Source: a virus (taxonomy: Duplodnaviria > Heunggongvirae > Uroviricota > Caudoviricetes). Taken from it: a stretch of 64,000 bases of DNA. The notes below the pieces were generated by a model, which saw only the letters and a list, made by a program, of their open reading frames with translations, was not told where the DNA came from and did not search any database. Made by a program: the position numbers and the translations under genes. Of the stretch, positions 19,762 through 29,083 are shown in pieces. Location: IMG/VR virus record IMGVR_UViG_3300027007_000013, one strand, 5' to 3'. Every line of letters begins with the position of its first letter. Within the stretch, counting starts at the first letter, position 1.

Positions 19762-19923
19762 ATGGGACAAAAATCCCAACTCGGGCGGAACGAGGTACAG
19801 AGCGTCAAAATTGAAACGCAGGGCTCCCATGCTACGCTCTCACACATCGAGGGCGTGTGGATCGAGGATGGAGAGCTGGTCATCCGCACCCTCGAGGACT
19901 TGCCAATTCACGGAGAAATCTGA
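19762..19923 (+). CDS. small cassette protein, MGQKSQ start
   Basis: 53-aa ORF starting in the hairpin. Confidence 0.4.
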   Translation: MGQKSQLGRNEVQSVKIETQGSHATLSHIEGVWIEDGELVIRTLEDLPIHGEI

Positions 19924-20111
19924 GGCACGTCCTCCCACGGGACGCGCCCCCATGTCAAGCCTTCGTCCACGCGCAGCGGAGAGTGGCGGCGCCGACGGCT
20001 CGCCCTCGCGGGCCCGAGCGCGGCAAACCGGCACCATGCGACGCCCGCGGAATCCCCGCAGTATCAGCCGTCTTACATATATTAAATACCCTACCCTGAG
20101 TAGGAAGAAGT

Positions 20112-20447
20112 ATGGGACAAAAATCCCACCCCCGACCGGAGCAGTGTGAAGTGCCAGGGTACTACTGGACCGCCCCCGAAGTCGTCGAGTGCTGGCGCGA
20201 CCCCGAGGACGTGCTGATCGCGTGGGACGACGGTGTGTACGTGCTGTGTGTCGGCGAGCCGGCCGAGCATGCGAGTGAGTCAGGGCGACCGCTGTGGTAC
20301 GCGCCCGAAGTGCGAGTGCACGACGTGTTCGTCGACGGCGAGCGATTCGAGCTGATCGAGCGCGACGACGAGCGCCTGCGCAACGTGCGGGAAGTGAGAG
20401 TGACGCACGGGACTGCAAGCGCCGTCGCCGAGCTCGAGTCAGCGTGA
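20112..20447 (+). CDS. cassette protein, MGQKSHP start
   Basis: 111 aa. Confidence 0.55.
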   Translation: MGQKSHPRPEQCEVPGYYWTAPEVVECWRDPEDVLIAWDDGVYVLCVGEPAEHASESGRPLWYAPEVRVHDVFVDGERFELIERDDERLRNVREVRVTHGTASAVAELESA

Positions 20448-20527
20448 TCGTCGCCGTCGTCGCGCTGCTGGTGGTGCTGATAGGGCTCGCCGTGTTCTGG
20501 GCTGTCGTGCGGGCGATGGCGTCGTAG
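20444..20527 (+). CDS. small hydrophobic peptide
   Basis: VIVAVVALLVVLIGLAVFWAVV..., 27 aa. Confidence 0.3.
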   Translation: MIVAVVALLVVLIGLAVFWAVVRAMAS

Positions 20528-20711
20528 GGCCCTGTCGCGTGCCGCTTTCCCGCCGCGCCCCGTCGACCGCCGTCTGTCGTTTCCCCTCCGTCCACTCCGT
20601 CACCTCCGCGCGCCGCGTCACTGAAACCCGGTGTCCATGCCACGATCCGTACCCGACGACAATATCAGCCGATTAACATATCTATATACTTGCCCCAGAC
20701 GAAGGTTAAGT

Positions 20712-20915
20712 ATGGCACGAAAATGCCTCCCGGACGGGTACAGCTGGACAGTCGACGGTGAAGACGCGCAGACGACCGAGATCTACGTCGAGAACGCAGA
20801 GGGTGAGCTGATCGGCAAAGACCACGTGGCGTCGCAGTTCGTGCGAACCGACGCCGAGCGCGAGGAAGTTGCGGCGCAGATCGCCGCGGGTGAGCGGGGG
20901 CGTCAGTTCCAGTAG
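20712..20915 (+). CDS. cassette protein, MARKCLP start
   Basis: 67 aa. Confidence 0.5.
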   Translation: MARKCLPDGYSWTVDGEDAQTTEIYVENAEGELIGKDHVASQFVRTDAEREEVAAQIAAGERGRQFQ

Positions 20916-21029
20916 AGCGGCGCCGACTGTCGGTTTTACGCCGTGCCCCGTCGACCATGCGACGTTCAGCGGAAGTCGACAATATCAGCTGTCATACATA
21001 TATTCATATTCGCTCCCGACCAAGATAAG

Positions 21030-21146
21030 ATGGGGAGAAAAGCCCCACCCGACGGAACCATGAGCTACGCGACCCACGTCCAGATCCGGAAGTTGCAGAG
21101 AGCGAGAGACAAGAGCCGCTGGCCGAGCGACGAGGACGACGAGTAG
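21030..21146 (+). CDS. small cassette protein, MGRKAPP start
   Basis: 38 aa. Confidence 0.4.
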   Translation: MGRKAPPDGTMSYATHVQIRKLQRARDKSRWPSDEDDE

Positions 21147-21179
21147 CGGGGCCGCCGCGGCCCCCTCGCCGACGCGTGT

Positions 21180-21209
21180 GTACGTACATACGCGCCCATA
21201 TGTACGTAC
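21180..21209. repeat. palindrome GTACGTACATA-CGCGCCCA-TATGTACGTAC (family variant)
   Basis: perfect 11-bp arms. Confidence 0.8.
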
Positions 21210-21330
21210 GCCCATCTCGAACCCTCACGTGCCCGAGCGCGGCAAACCGGCACCCTGCGACGTCCGTCACAAGTCGACACATATCAGCCGCTTTACGTGT
21301 CTTTAATACCCTACCAGCCCAAGGTATAGT

Positions 21331-21693
21331 ATGGAAGCCAAAAACTTCCCACCGCGAACGGTGCAGAGCGCAGAGCCAACCGACGTCGTCGAAGAAGACG
21401 GCTACCGAGTCCTGACGTACGAGGACGTCGACGTCGACATTCGGATCTCGCGGACGATCAGCCCCGAGACGCCGAAAATCTGGGTCGCCGGCGACCGACT
21501 CGACACGCAAGTGGAGACGGTGACCGACGTCGAGTTCCTCGGCTTCGAGCTCTGGCGATACACCTACCTCGAGGGTAAGCCGACCCATGCCGGTGAGGGT
21601 CGACACCGAGGCCGATTCGCCGAGGTCGAGATCGAGGAGAATCACTACGGCGAAGACGAAGTCCACGAGTTCAGCCTCAGGGTCAAGCGGTAG
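21331..21693 (+). CDS. cassette protein, MEAKNFP start
   Basis: 120 aa. Confidence 0.55.
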   Translation: MEAKNFPPRTVQSAEPTDVVEEDGYRVLTYEDVDVDIRISRTISPETPKIWVAGDRLDTQVETVTDVEFLGFELWRYTYLEGKPTHAGEGRHRGRFAEVEIEENHYGEDEVHEFSLRVKR

Positions 21694-22100
21694 ACGGGGC
21701 TGACGCCCGGTTTCGCGCGCCGCCCCGCCGCCCGACGACCCCTGTTTCCACTCCGTCTGGTCCAACGCGGAATAGTAGAGGAAATTATTATTTGCAGAGA
21801 TCGAGCCCTGAATACAACCCGCCTCAGCGAGGTTCATGGGCGCTACACGTCGGCGAGTTTTGTGAGGCATGGCTCCTACCCCTTCGAGTTGGCTCACGGC
21901 ATTCCGAGCGTCGTGTGGACGGTGTCTCCGCGAGGTTCGTGGGCATCTCAGGAAATGCCCCCTGATGATACGAGAACCCCTGTTTCCCTTCCGCGTGCCG
22001 CGTCACGCGAATCCGGCACGCGCCATGCGACGTCGACGTCCATCCAGCAGTAACAGCCGTCTTACATATCTATATACCTGCACCACTCTTAGGATAAGAT

Positions 22101-22478
22101 ATGGGAACCAAAAACCCATCCGAAGCGGAACAGAGCGACGAGATCCTCCCGGCCCTCGACCACCGCGGACTGACGGGCCACGGCAAGGCCCGACTCGAGG
22201 AGAGCGAGCTCGTGACCCCGTACCTCGTGCGGACCCTCCAGGAGGCGGACCCGGCCATCCTCCGGGCCCTCTCGCAAGTGGCTGACGCCGCCGCCTCGGC
22301 CCGGTACGGCCCCATCCAGGCCCAGCTGGCCAAGGACGAAAGCGCGAGCCGCGAGATCCAGCAGCAGTACTGGAACCAGCTGGACGACGTGAAGGGCCTG
22401 TCCCTCCTCTGCACGGAAATCCTGCGCGACGAGCGTGACGGCGTGCCCAGCGAGGACGACCCGAGACTCGGCTTCTAA
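22101..22478 (+). CDS. cassette protein, MGTKNPS start
   Basis: 125 aa. Confidence 0.55.
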   Translation: MGTKNPSEAEQSDEILPALDHRGLTGHGKARLEESELVTPYLVRTLQEADPAILRALSQVADAAASARYGPIQAQLAKDESASREIQQQYWNQLDDVKGLSLLCTEILRDERDGVPSEDDPRLGF

Positions 22479-22844
22479 CGCCGACCAGCGCACTACCACC
22501 AGCAGCGGCTGGCCTGCGCACCGGTTTTCCGCCGTGCCCCGTCGCCCACGTGACCCTCGTTTCCGCTCCGCCCGCGACTGTCTCGTGCGATCGTCGCGCC
22601 CTGCTTGCGTACGTGTCCCCCCACTGTTACGCTCGTCACGCCTGCGTTCGCGGCCTGTGCTATCCGCGTCCGACCCCTGTTTCATCTCCGCGTGCCAAGG
22701 CGCGGCAACCCGGTGGCGTCCCCGTCAGCAAACGGGCCCTTTCTGCAAGCAATCCGACACTGAAATCTATAAAACGCTGTCTCAAGCCCTCTACACGAGG
22801 ATTTAGACCAGAACCTTTATATCAAATCAAGTTCAAGAAGAAGT

Positions 22845-23084
22845 ATGGAATCAAAAATTCCATCCCGGACGGAGAGTGGCGAGAGTGTCGAAATCGCAGT
22901 CGGTCACCGAGCGGAGAGCGACGTCATCGCGCGGGCGCTCAACGAGAAGGCGCGGGAAGCCGAGCTCGAAGCGGAGCGGGCCGGGCCGAAAACGCAGCCC
23001 GTGCACGAGCTCGACGCCGCCGTGCTGCGAAGCGCCGCCGCCGAGTTCGAGCGCGAGTACGCCGAGTGGCGCGAGGAGCGATAG
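22845..23084 (+). CDS. cassette protein, MESKIPS start
   Basis: 79 aa. Confidence 0.5.
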   Translation: MESKIPSRTESGESVEIAVGHRAESDVIARALNEKAREAELEAERAGPKTQPVHELDAAVLRSAAAEFEREYAEWREER

Positions 23085-23086
23085 AG

Positions 23087-23248
23087 ATGCGCCCCGACGT
23101 GATCGAGTGGACGGGCGAGGCGCACCTGGTGACGACGGGCTGTGACGAGTGCGGGCGATCGTTCTCGATCGACGAGGACAGCGTGCGGTGGGCGGACGAG
23201 CGCGGACGACCCGTGTTCTGCGACTCGTGCGGGTCGGGAGGGCTGTGA
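23087..23248 (+). CDS. small zinc-ribbon protein
   Basis: CDECG...CDSCG. Confidence 0.45.
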   Translation: MRPDVIEWTGEAHLVTTGCDECGRSFSIDEDSVRWADERGRPVFCDSCGSGGL

Positions 23249-23353
23249 GATGCGGCGGCTGCGGACGGCGCTGCTGGCGGCGAGCGTCGTGACGCGGATC
23301 GTCGCGTTCCCGGCGGTGTTGGCTGTCGCGCGGGCCCGAGCGAGGGTCGTGCG

Positions 23354-23569
23354 GTGAGTTCCGTGCAGCGGCGGTTGTTCGAGGAGTCGGCGGTCGGGGC
23401 GGTCTGGGTCGAAGACAGTGACGGGGGTCGCGCGCTGGTGACCGTCGAGCGGCACCCGACGGTGTCGATGGGACGTCTGCTCGAGGCGCTCCGGGGACGT
23501 GACGACGTCGAGACGGTGCGCCAGACGACAGCGACGCACGTCGAGGCGATCGTGCGAGGTGACGCCTGA
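23354..23569 (+). CDS. hypothetical protein
   Basis: 71 aa; followed by a 27-aa hydrophobic peptide ORF at 23569..23649. Confidence 0.4.
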   Translation: MSSVQRRLFEESAVGAVWVEDSDGGRALVTVERHPTVSMGRLLEALRGRDDVETVRQTTATHVEAIVRGDA

Positions 23570-23746
23570 TGCTGGTGGTACTGCTCGTTGCCCTGCTCGT
23601 GGTGCTGTTCGGCGTCTGGCTCGTGCTGGCCGCGGCTACCGCGTTCTAACCTCGCGCGACGCGCCGCGGCAACCCGGTGAATCGGTCTAAGGGCTGTTAC
23701 TACCGCATCACTGATATTTAATACCTCATGCGTCGAAGATGAAGAT

Positions 23747-24208
23747 ATGGGACCAAAATCCCACCCAACGGGCGATGAAGCGAGCGATGAAGCGAGCGAC
23801 GACGTCGTTGTCGTCGATGAGTGTGCGACGTGGGTCGGGCGACGCGAAGACGTGAGTGAAGACGAAGCCGTCGCCGCGATGAGCGATGTCGAGCGGGCCG
23901 TGAAGCGGGTCGCAGACGAGCGATGGGTCGACGTCGTGCGGGTCGCGATGTGCGACGACGAAGTGCGGGCCGTCGTGAAGATGAAGCAGTGTGAAGGGCC
24001 GGGTGCGGGCGCGACGACGTGGGCGAGCGCGTTGTGCGACGTCGAGTTGGGCGACGGGCGCGAGCGCGAAGTCGATGTGAGCGTGACGTTGCCGGGCCGT
24101 GAAGGGATGTCGGGCGATGTGATGGGCGAAGTCGAAGTCGACGGGCGCGAGTGGGAAGTGCGACGTGAAGTGTGGGTCGACGAAGACGGGCGCGAAGTCG
24201 GGCCGTAG
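23747..24208 (+). CDS. cassette protein, MGPKSHP start
   Basis: 153 aa, extremely acidic. Confidence 0.5.
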   Translation: MGPKSHPTGDEASDEASDDVVVVDECATWVGRREDVSEDEAVAAMSDVERAVKRVADERWVDVVRVAMCDDEVRAVVKMKQCEGPGAGATTWASALCDVELGDGREREVDVSVTLPGREGMSGDVMGEVEVDGREWEVRREVWVDEDGREVGP

Positions 24209-24335
24209 CGCGAGCGTGGGCGACGTCGCCGCCGGGCGATGTCGTCGCGTGTCGGTTTCGCGCCGCGCCACCGCCCAACCAGCAGTTACAGCCGGAACAC
24301 GTGCCTATATATCAGTATCATGAGAAGTAAGAAGT

Positions 24336-24674
24336 ATGGAACCGAAAAGTTCCCACCGAGCGGAGTACAGTGAGCCGCCCATCGAGCTGGCGAATGCCGT
24401 GCGACGCGGCGAGCACTACCTGCTGGGCGACGTTGGAGAGTTCGTGGTCGACGAGATCGCTGTTGGGTACCCAGTCGAGGAGCGAGACGGCGTGGTCGCC
24501 CCGAACCGCGAGGCGTTCGTCACGCGTATCGAGTTTGTGGCGCCGGGCGAGTGTATCGTGATGGGTCTTGCCGAGCTCGAGGACCGCATCGATCGAACCG
24601 ATGTGTTGCCCCTGACCGTGCGCGAACGCGATGAGGAGCTGCACGCGGAGTGGGAGAGCCACGGGCTGCTGTAG
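24336..24674 (+). CDS. cassette protein, MEPKSSH start
   Basis: 112 aa. Confidence 0.55.
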   Translation: MEPKSSHRAEYSEPPIELANAVRRGEHYLLGDVGEFVVDEIAVGYPVEERDGVVAPNREAFVTRIEFVAPGECIVMGLAELEDRIDRTDVLPLTVRERDEELHAEWESHGLL

Positions 24675-24778
24675 TCGAGGCGCACCGCTGCGGTCCGCTT
24701 TTGCGCCGTGCCCCGCCGCTCGTCGCTGCTATTACCGGTACGCTGACACTTATACTTGCACGAGTGGTAGGTAGAAGT

Positions 24779-24970
24779 ATGGTCAGAAACGACCACCCGA
24801 ACGGAGAGCTGAGCGAGTACCAGAAGGCGAACGAGCTGAGCGACGACGAGTTGCGACAGCGCGTGATCGAGCTGCGGAGCGAGCCCGCGCCGCTGGTGGG
24901 AGTGGACAGCGAGTTGGAAGCCGCCGAGGAGGTCGCGCGAGACCGCGGGCTCGGGCTGGGGATGAGCTGA
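24779..24970 (+). CDS. cassette protein, MVRNDHP start
   Basis: 64 aa; the ATG lies in the hairpin, slightly upstream of the ORF-track start. Confidence 0.45.
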   Translation: MVRNDHPNGELSEYQKANELSDDELRQRVIELRSEPAPLVGVDSELEAAEEVARDRGLGLGMS

Positions 24971-25117
24971 TGCTGGGCCACAGCGGGCCGTTCTGTCCGG
25001 ACTGCGGTGCAGAGGGACTGAGCGATGAGTGGGTCGAGGGCGGGCGACGGATGGTGGCGCGACAGTGCCCAGAGCCGAGATGTAGCTCGTACTGGGAGTA
25101 CGAGGTGGGCTGCTGAT
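24969..25117 (+). CDS. small zinc-ribbon protein
   Basis: CPDCG...CPEPRC. Confidence 0.35.
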
Positions 25118-25346
25118 GCAGCGACGGATCGACGCGACCGTGGTGATCGGGAGCGACCGAAAGACGGTGTCGGTGTGGGTCGACGAAGACGCGTCCGATG
25201 CGACCCGCGAGGCCGCGGTCGAGGAGATTGTCGGCGACGTCCGGTCGTGGGAGAGTGAGCCGGTCGAGCTCGAGGGATGGGGCGAGACGGGCTGGGTCCA
25301 GGGCGATGGCCGGGACGCGATGCCCCGCCGCGAGCCCGGCTGGTAG
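25116..25346 (+). CDS. hypothetical protein
   Basis: 76 aa. Confidence 0.45.
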   Translation: MQRRIDATVVIGSDRKTVSVWVDEDASDATREAAVEEIVGDVRSWESEPVELEGWGETGWVQGDGRDAMPRREPGW

Positions 25347-25718
25347 CCCCGCCTCGCGATTGTGGCCAGTGTCGGTTTTGCGCCGTGCCCCGCCGACCCC
25401 TGCTTCCGGTCCAACGACGCTGTCCAGCGGATTGAGCCGACTGTGCGCCCGCATCTGACTGTCTCCGGAGGGTCCAAGGGCGTCTCACGTCGGCGTGTTT
25501 CTGACGCTGTGACTCCTACCCTGTAGGGCCTGCTCACGGCGTTTTGACGCCTGTGCGGACACTGTCTCCCGGCGTTCTGTGAGCGTCTCAGGCTGTCGCT
25601 TGCCGTGATGTCGTACGCATGTCATGACCCCTGTTTCCACTCCGCGCCACGTCGCGTCAAACCAGCAGTATCAGCCGCCAAACATATCTATATACTTGTA
25701 CCCTGAGAAGCATAAGAT

Positions 25719-25961
25719 ATGGGAAAGAAAAGTCCCACCCGAGCAGAACTGGCACAGAAACGCCGCGGCATCGTCAGCGCGCTCCCGTTCACGTGCCCGA
25801 CCGAGCGAGGCGACCAGATCGTGGTGCACGTGCAAGACCGCAAGCTGGAGAAGTTCGAGCGCGTCGCGAAGCAGCTCGAGCTCGAAATCGTCGACCGCGA
25901 AGACGGCGGGAGTTCGCAGCAGGGCCGGCGCCTGCGCATGACGCTGGAGACGGCCTCGTGA
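25719..25961 (+). CDS. cassette protein, MGKKSPT start
   Basis: 80 aa. Confidence 0.5.
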   Translation: MGKKSPTRAELAQKRRGIVSALPFTCPTERGDQIVVHVQDRKLEKFERVAKQLELEIVDREDGGSSQQGRRLRMTLETAS

Positions 25962-26111
25962 GCCGCGTCGTCCGGGTCCCGCGTCTCGGCGACCGCCGTA
26001 ACCCGTGCACCGTCATGCACGAGACGCACACGGGTCGCCTGAAAGTGCGCGACCGCTACGGCTACGCCCTGCGGGTCGACCCCGAGGAGGTCGTCGAGTA
26101 GCGCAACCGCC

Positions 26112-26633
26112 ATGTATCGCGACTACGAGATTCGATTCGAGCCGATGGACTGGCCGACGCCCGTGTACGTCAGCGAGGACGAACCCAGCCCCGACGCGGT
26201 CGACCCGATCGAGAACTGGAACGTGAAGCCGGTCGGTGGGCTGTGGACAGCACCGCTGCTCGATGACAGCGACGGCCTCGCGACCGCCTGGACAGAGTGG
26301 ATGAACGCCGAGCAGTACGTCCCGTATGGCGAGAACGCTCGCCTGTACGCCCTCGAACCGCGTGACGACGTCGACCTGTTCGTGGTCGACAGCCTCGATG
26401 CCGCGAAGGAGCTGTACGCGTTCGGCGACAGCGGACCGGCCGAGGTGCTCTCGAGCGCGGTCGACTACGAGGCGATCGTCGACGAGTACGACGGCGTCCG
26501 CCTGACGCATGAGGGCCAGATCGACACGCGCCTGTCGTGGGAGGCGAATCTGAACGGCTGGGATTGTGCGTCGACGGTGTGGTTCGACTGGTGCTTCGAG
26601 TCGGTCGAAGACCTGGGCCCGCTGGAGTTGTAG
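26112..26633 (+). CDS. hypothetical acidic protein
   Basis: 173 aa. Confidence 0.55.
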   Translation: MYRDYEIRFEPMDWPTPVYVSEDEPSPDAVDPIENWNVKPVGGLWTAPLLDDSDGLATAWTEWMNAEQYVPYGENARLYALEPRDDVDLFVVDSLDAAKELYAFGDSGPAEVLSSAVDYEAIVDEYDGVRLTHEGQIDTRLSWEANLNGWDCASTVWFDWCFESVEDLGPLEL

Positions 26634-26793
26634 CCGGGCCCGCTTTTGCGCCGTGCCCCGCCGTCAGCCGACAGCAAACGGGCCTGTTCTGTGGACCGTT
26701 CCGTCCTGTTTTCGCGGATTCGGGCGTCTCAGGCCGTCTACGCGCGGAATGGTGTGGGAAAACTATATACCTGTAAGTGTCCAAGTATAAGAT

Positions 26794-26991
26794 ATGGGAC
26801 AAAAAATCCCAACCCGACGGAGAGCGACGCCGGCGAACCTCGAGCAGAGACTCGCCGAGATCGAGCGAGAGCTGCGGGCGATGAGCCGGGGCGACGTCGA
26901 CGCAGGGACGTGCCGCTGGCTGCTGGAGGAGAAAGCCGAGCTGCGAGCCGAGCGCAACCGCCTGTTCGCGGCGACGGGGCGGTGGTCGTGA
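26794..26991 (+). CDS. cassette protein, MGQKIPT start
   Basis: 65 aa. Confidence 0.5.
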   Translation: MGQKIPTRRRATPANLEQRLAEIERELRAMSRGDVDAGTCRWLLEEKAELRAERNRLFAATGRWS

Positions 26992-27129
26992 TGAGCGACG
27001 ACGAGTTCCCGGGACCCGCGCCGATGGGCGCACGACCGCCGGACGTCGTCGAGCGGGCGAAGGAGATCGCGTACGGCGAGGTGTCGGCGACGTCCGAAGA
27101 AGTCGCCTGGGCGCTGGAGGTGATCGCGG

Positions 27130-27369
27130 ATGAGCGATGAGTTGCTGGGCGTGATCGAGGTCGAGAGCAGCAAGCCGTACGTGAAAGACGTGTACGACGT
27201 GGTCCGCGTCGATGGGCCCGATCTCGAGACGGTCTGCGTCGAAGCTGGCGAGCGCCACGAGCTGGGCGACCGCGTCCGCTGGCCGAACGAGCTCGTGACG
27301 GTGATGTCCCGGGCGACGCTGTACGACCCCGACGGCAACGAGATCGAGATGGCTGAGCTCGGCCGATAG
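27130..27369 (+). CDS. hypothetical protein
   Basis: 79 aa. Confidence 0.45.
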   Translation: MSDELLGVIEVESSKPYVKDVYDVVRVDGPDLETVCVEAGERHELGDRVRWPNELVTVMSRATLYDPDGNEIEMAELGR

Positions 27370-27645
27370 GGCCCCGGCTCCCGCCTCGGCCTACGCGCGC
27401 CAAGGCGCCGCAACCCGGCAACGCGTGTGGGTACGTACCGACGTGTGTGTATGTACAGACGCCGACCCCGAACCCCGATTCGCCCGACCGGCTGCACTAC
27501 CACCAGCAGCGACCGGCTCAGCCGACAAAAAACGGGCCCACATCACGACGGTTTTCACGCGCGGAATCCAAAACGAACGCCTCAGGGCTCCTACGCGCGG
27601 AATGTGACCAGAAACTATATACCTGTCAAAGTACAAGTATGTAAT

Positions 27646-27882
27646 ATGGAATCAAAAATTCCATCCCGACGGAGCAGCGAAGCGTGCGAGAACGGTGTCG
27701 AGAACGCGATCAGTGAGCGAGAACGTCGCCTCGTGCGGGACGTGACGGCCATCGTCAACGAGCTCGAGACGATCTCGCAGCACGACGAGATGCTGAGCGG
27801 GCGAATGACGAAGCAGTGGGCCGAGGGGCTGTGCGACGCAGTCGACGAGTTCGCCGAGTCGGACCCGCACGCGCAGGAGTAG
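27646..27882 (+). CDS. cassette protein, MESKIPS start (last cassette of the array)
   Basis: 78 aa. Confidence 0.5.
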   Translation: MESKIPSRRSSEACENGVENAISERERRLVRDVTAIVNELETISQHDEMLSGRMTKQWAEGLCDAVDEFAESDPHAQE

Positions 27883-28473
27883 GGCGGGCGAGCGGGCTTT
27901 TTTGTGGGCGCTGATGTCGCGTGCCGATTTTCCGCCGTGCCCCGCGCCGCGTCGTCCAGCCGAACGGTGGGTGTCGTTCCCGTGGGCGCTCGAGCTGACG
28001 CCGTGTCGTACGGTGACGCTCTGACCCGTGCAGTCGGTCGCGTCGTACGGCGGGCCCCCTGAACGGCGCCCCACTAAAGTCAAATTTTAGATATATCCTC
28101 GTTTCGACCTACTTTTCAGGGCACACCGCTGTGAGAGGTGCGTATCGACAATAATCTATCATAACCCCTCCCGAATAGCTCCCCATAACCCTGTCTTCAA
28201 CGATGTCGCCCGTCCACGTCCCCATTTGTCGGGCACACCGATTTTCAGGCACTCGCCTCTGGTGGTAGTGAGTTTCGGTGACATGAACCATATCGATTGA
28301 CCTGTATGTACCCATATTTCGAATCATAACGAAAATTATATATCCGCTTACTGACTATCTTAGAATGTCCCTCCCGTGGAACGGAGTGACGCATTGCATG
28401 AAGCGAACGCACGACCGGCCTGGAGACCCGGTCACGTACCCGAGTAGCACCGCACTCACTACCACCAGGGACG

Positions 28474-28788
28474 GTGATTCTGGTGAGTGAAGCTGACCAG
28501 TTCACGCCTGAGATGGTGGAACGTATCGAGGAGTTGCAAGATGATGAGTCGGTCGACTCGCGTAACACGAACCGCCACGAGGATGGTTGGGTTCGATTCT
28601 ACGTCGAGTGCCCTGACTGTCACGTCCCGATGGCCCGAACGACGGTCGAAGCCAAAGACGTCGACGAGACCCACTCGCGATCGACGCACCGATGCATTTG
28701 TCCCGAGTGTCACGCAGTCCAGACGAACCTGACTGTCTACCGCGAGACCTACAACTTCGACGAGAAGCACCGGAGGAGTGATGAGTAA
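28474..28788 (+). CDS. zinc-binding protein
   Basis: CPDCH...CICPECH. Confidence 0.45.
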   Translation: MILVSEADQFTPEMVERIEELQDDESVDSRNTNRHEDGWVRFYVECPDCHVPMARTTVEAKDVDETHSRSTHRCICPECHAVQTNLTVYRETYNFDEKHRRSDE

Positions 28789-29083
28789 CACGTACTTCGT
28801 GAACGACGTCTCTCGACAGCAGGCCGGTGACCTGTGGCACGTTGCCGAACAGAGTACCGACCCGTACTCGAACTGGGTTGCCCGAGCGGCCCGGAGTTTG
28901 TACGAGGAACTGGACATCGATGATCGTGGGCGGATTCGACTCGATGGCAACCAGACGTACCATCGAGCGCGCAAGTTGGTCGAAGCCCATGCCTCCGGAA
29001 TAGGTTATGTCAACCGTCCTGAATTAGCCCAGTCGTGGGAAGACATGCTCGACCGCGTCTTGAACGCACAGGTGGTGCCCTGA
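28778..29083 (+). CDS. hypothetical protein
   Basis: 101 aa. Confidence 0.45.
   Translation: MMSNTYFVNDVSRQQAGDLWHVAEQSTDPYSNWVARAARSLYEELDIDDRGRIRLDGNQTYHRARKLVEAHASGIGYVNRPELAQSWEDMLDRVLNAQVVP

Larger units (their letters stand above)
8850..27700 (+). promoter_or_regulatory. array of 19 copies of a conserved promoter plus 5' start-codon-hairpin module
   Basis: consensus ..CAGCAGTATCAGCCG-CTTACATATCTATATAC (TATA) ..CTTAGGATAAG-ATATGGGACAAAAATCCCA-CCCGACGGAG. The ATG or hairpin starts at 8909, 11725, 13296, 15376, 16317, 17399, 19762, 20112, 20712, 21030, 21331, 22101, 22845, 23747, 24336, 24779, 25719, 26794 and 27646. Stem bases co-vary between copies (GGGAC/GTCCC, GGCAC/GTGCC, GGAAT/ATTCC, GGTC/GACC, CACCGG/CCGGTG, GGCCAG/CTGGCC) around a conserved A-rich loop. 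Confidence 0.85.
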
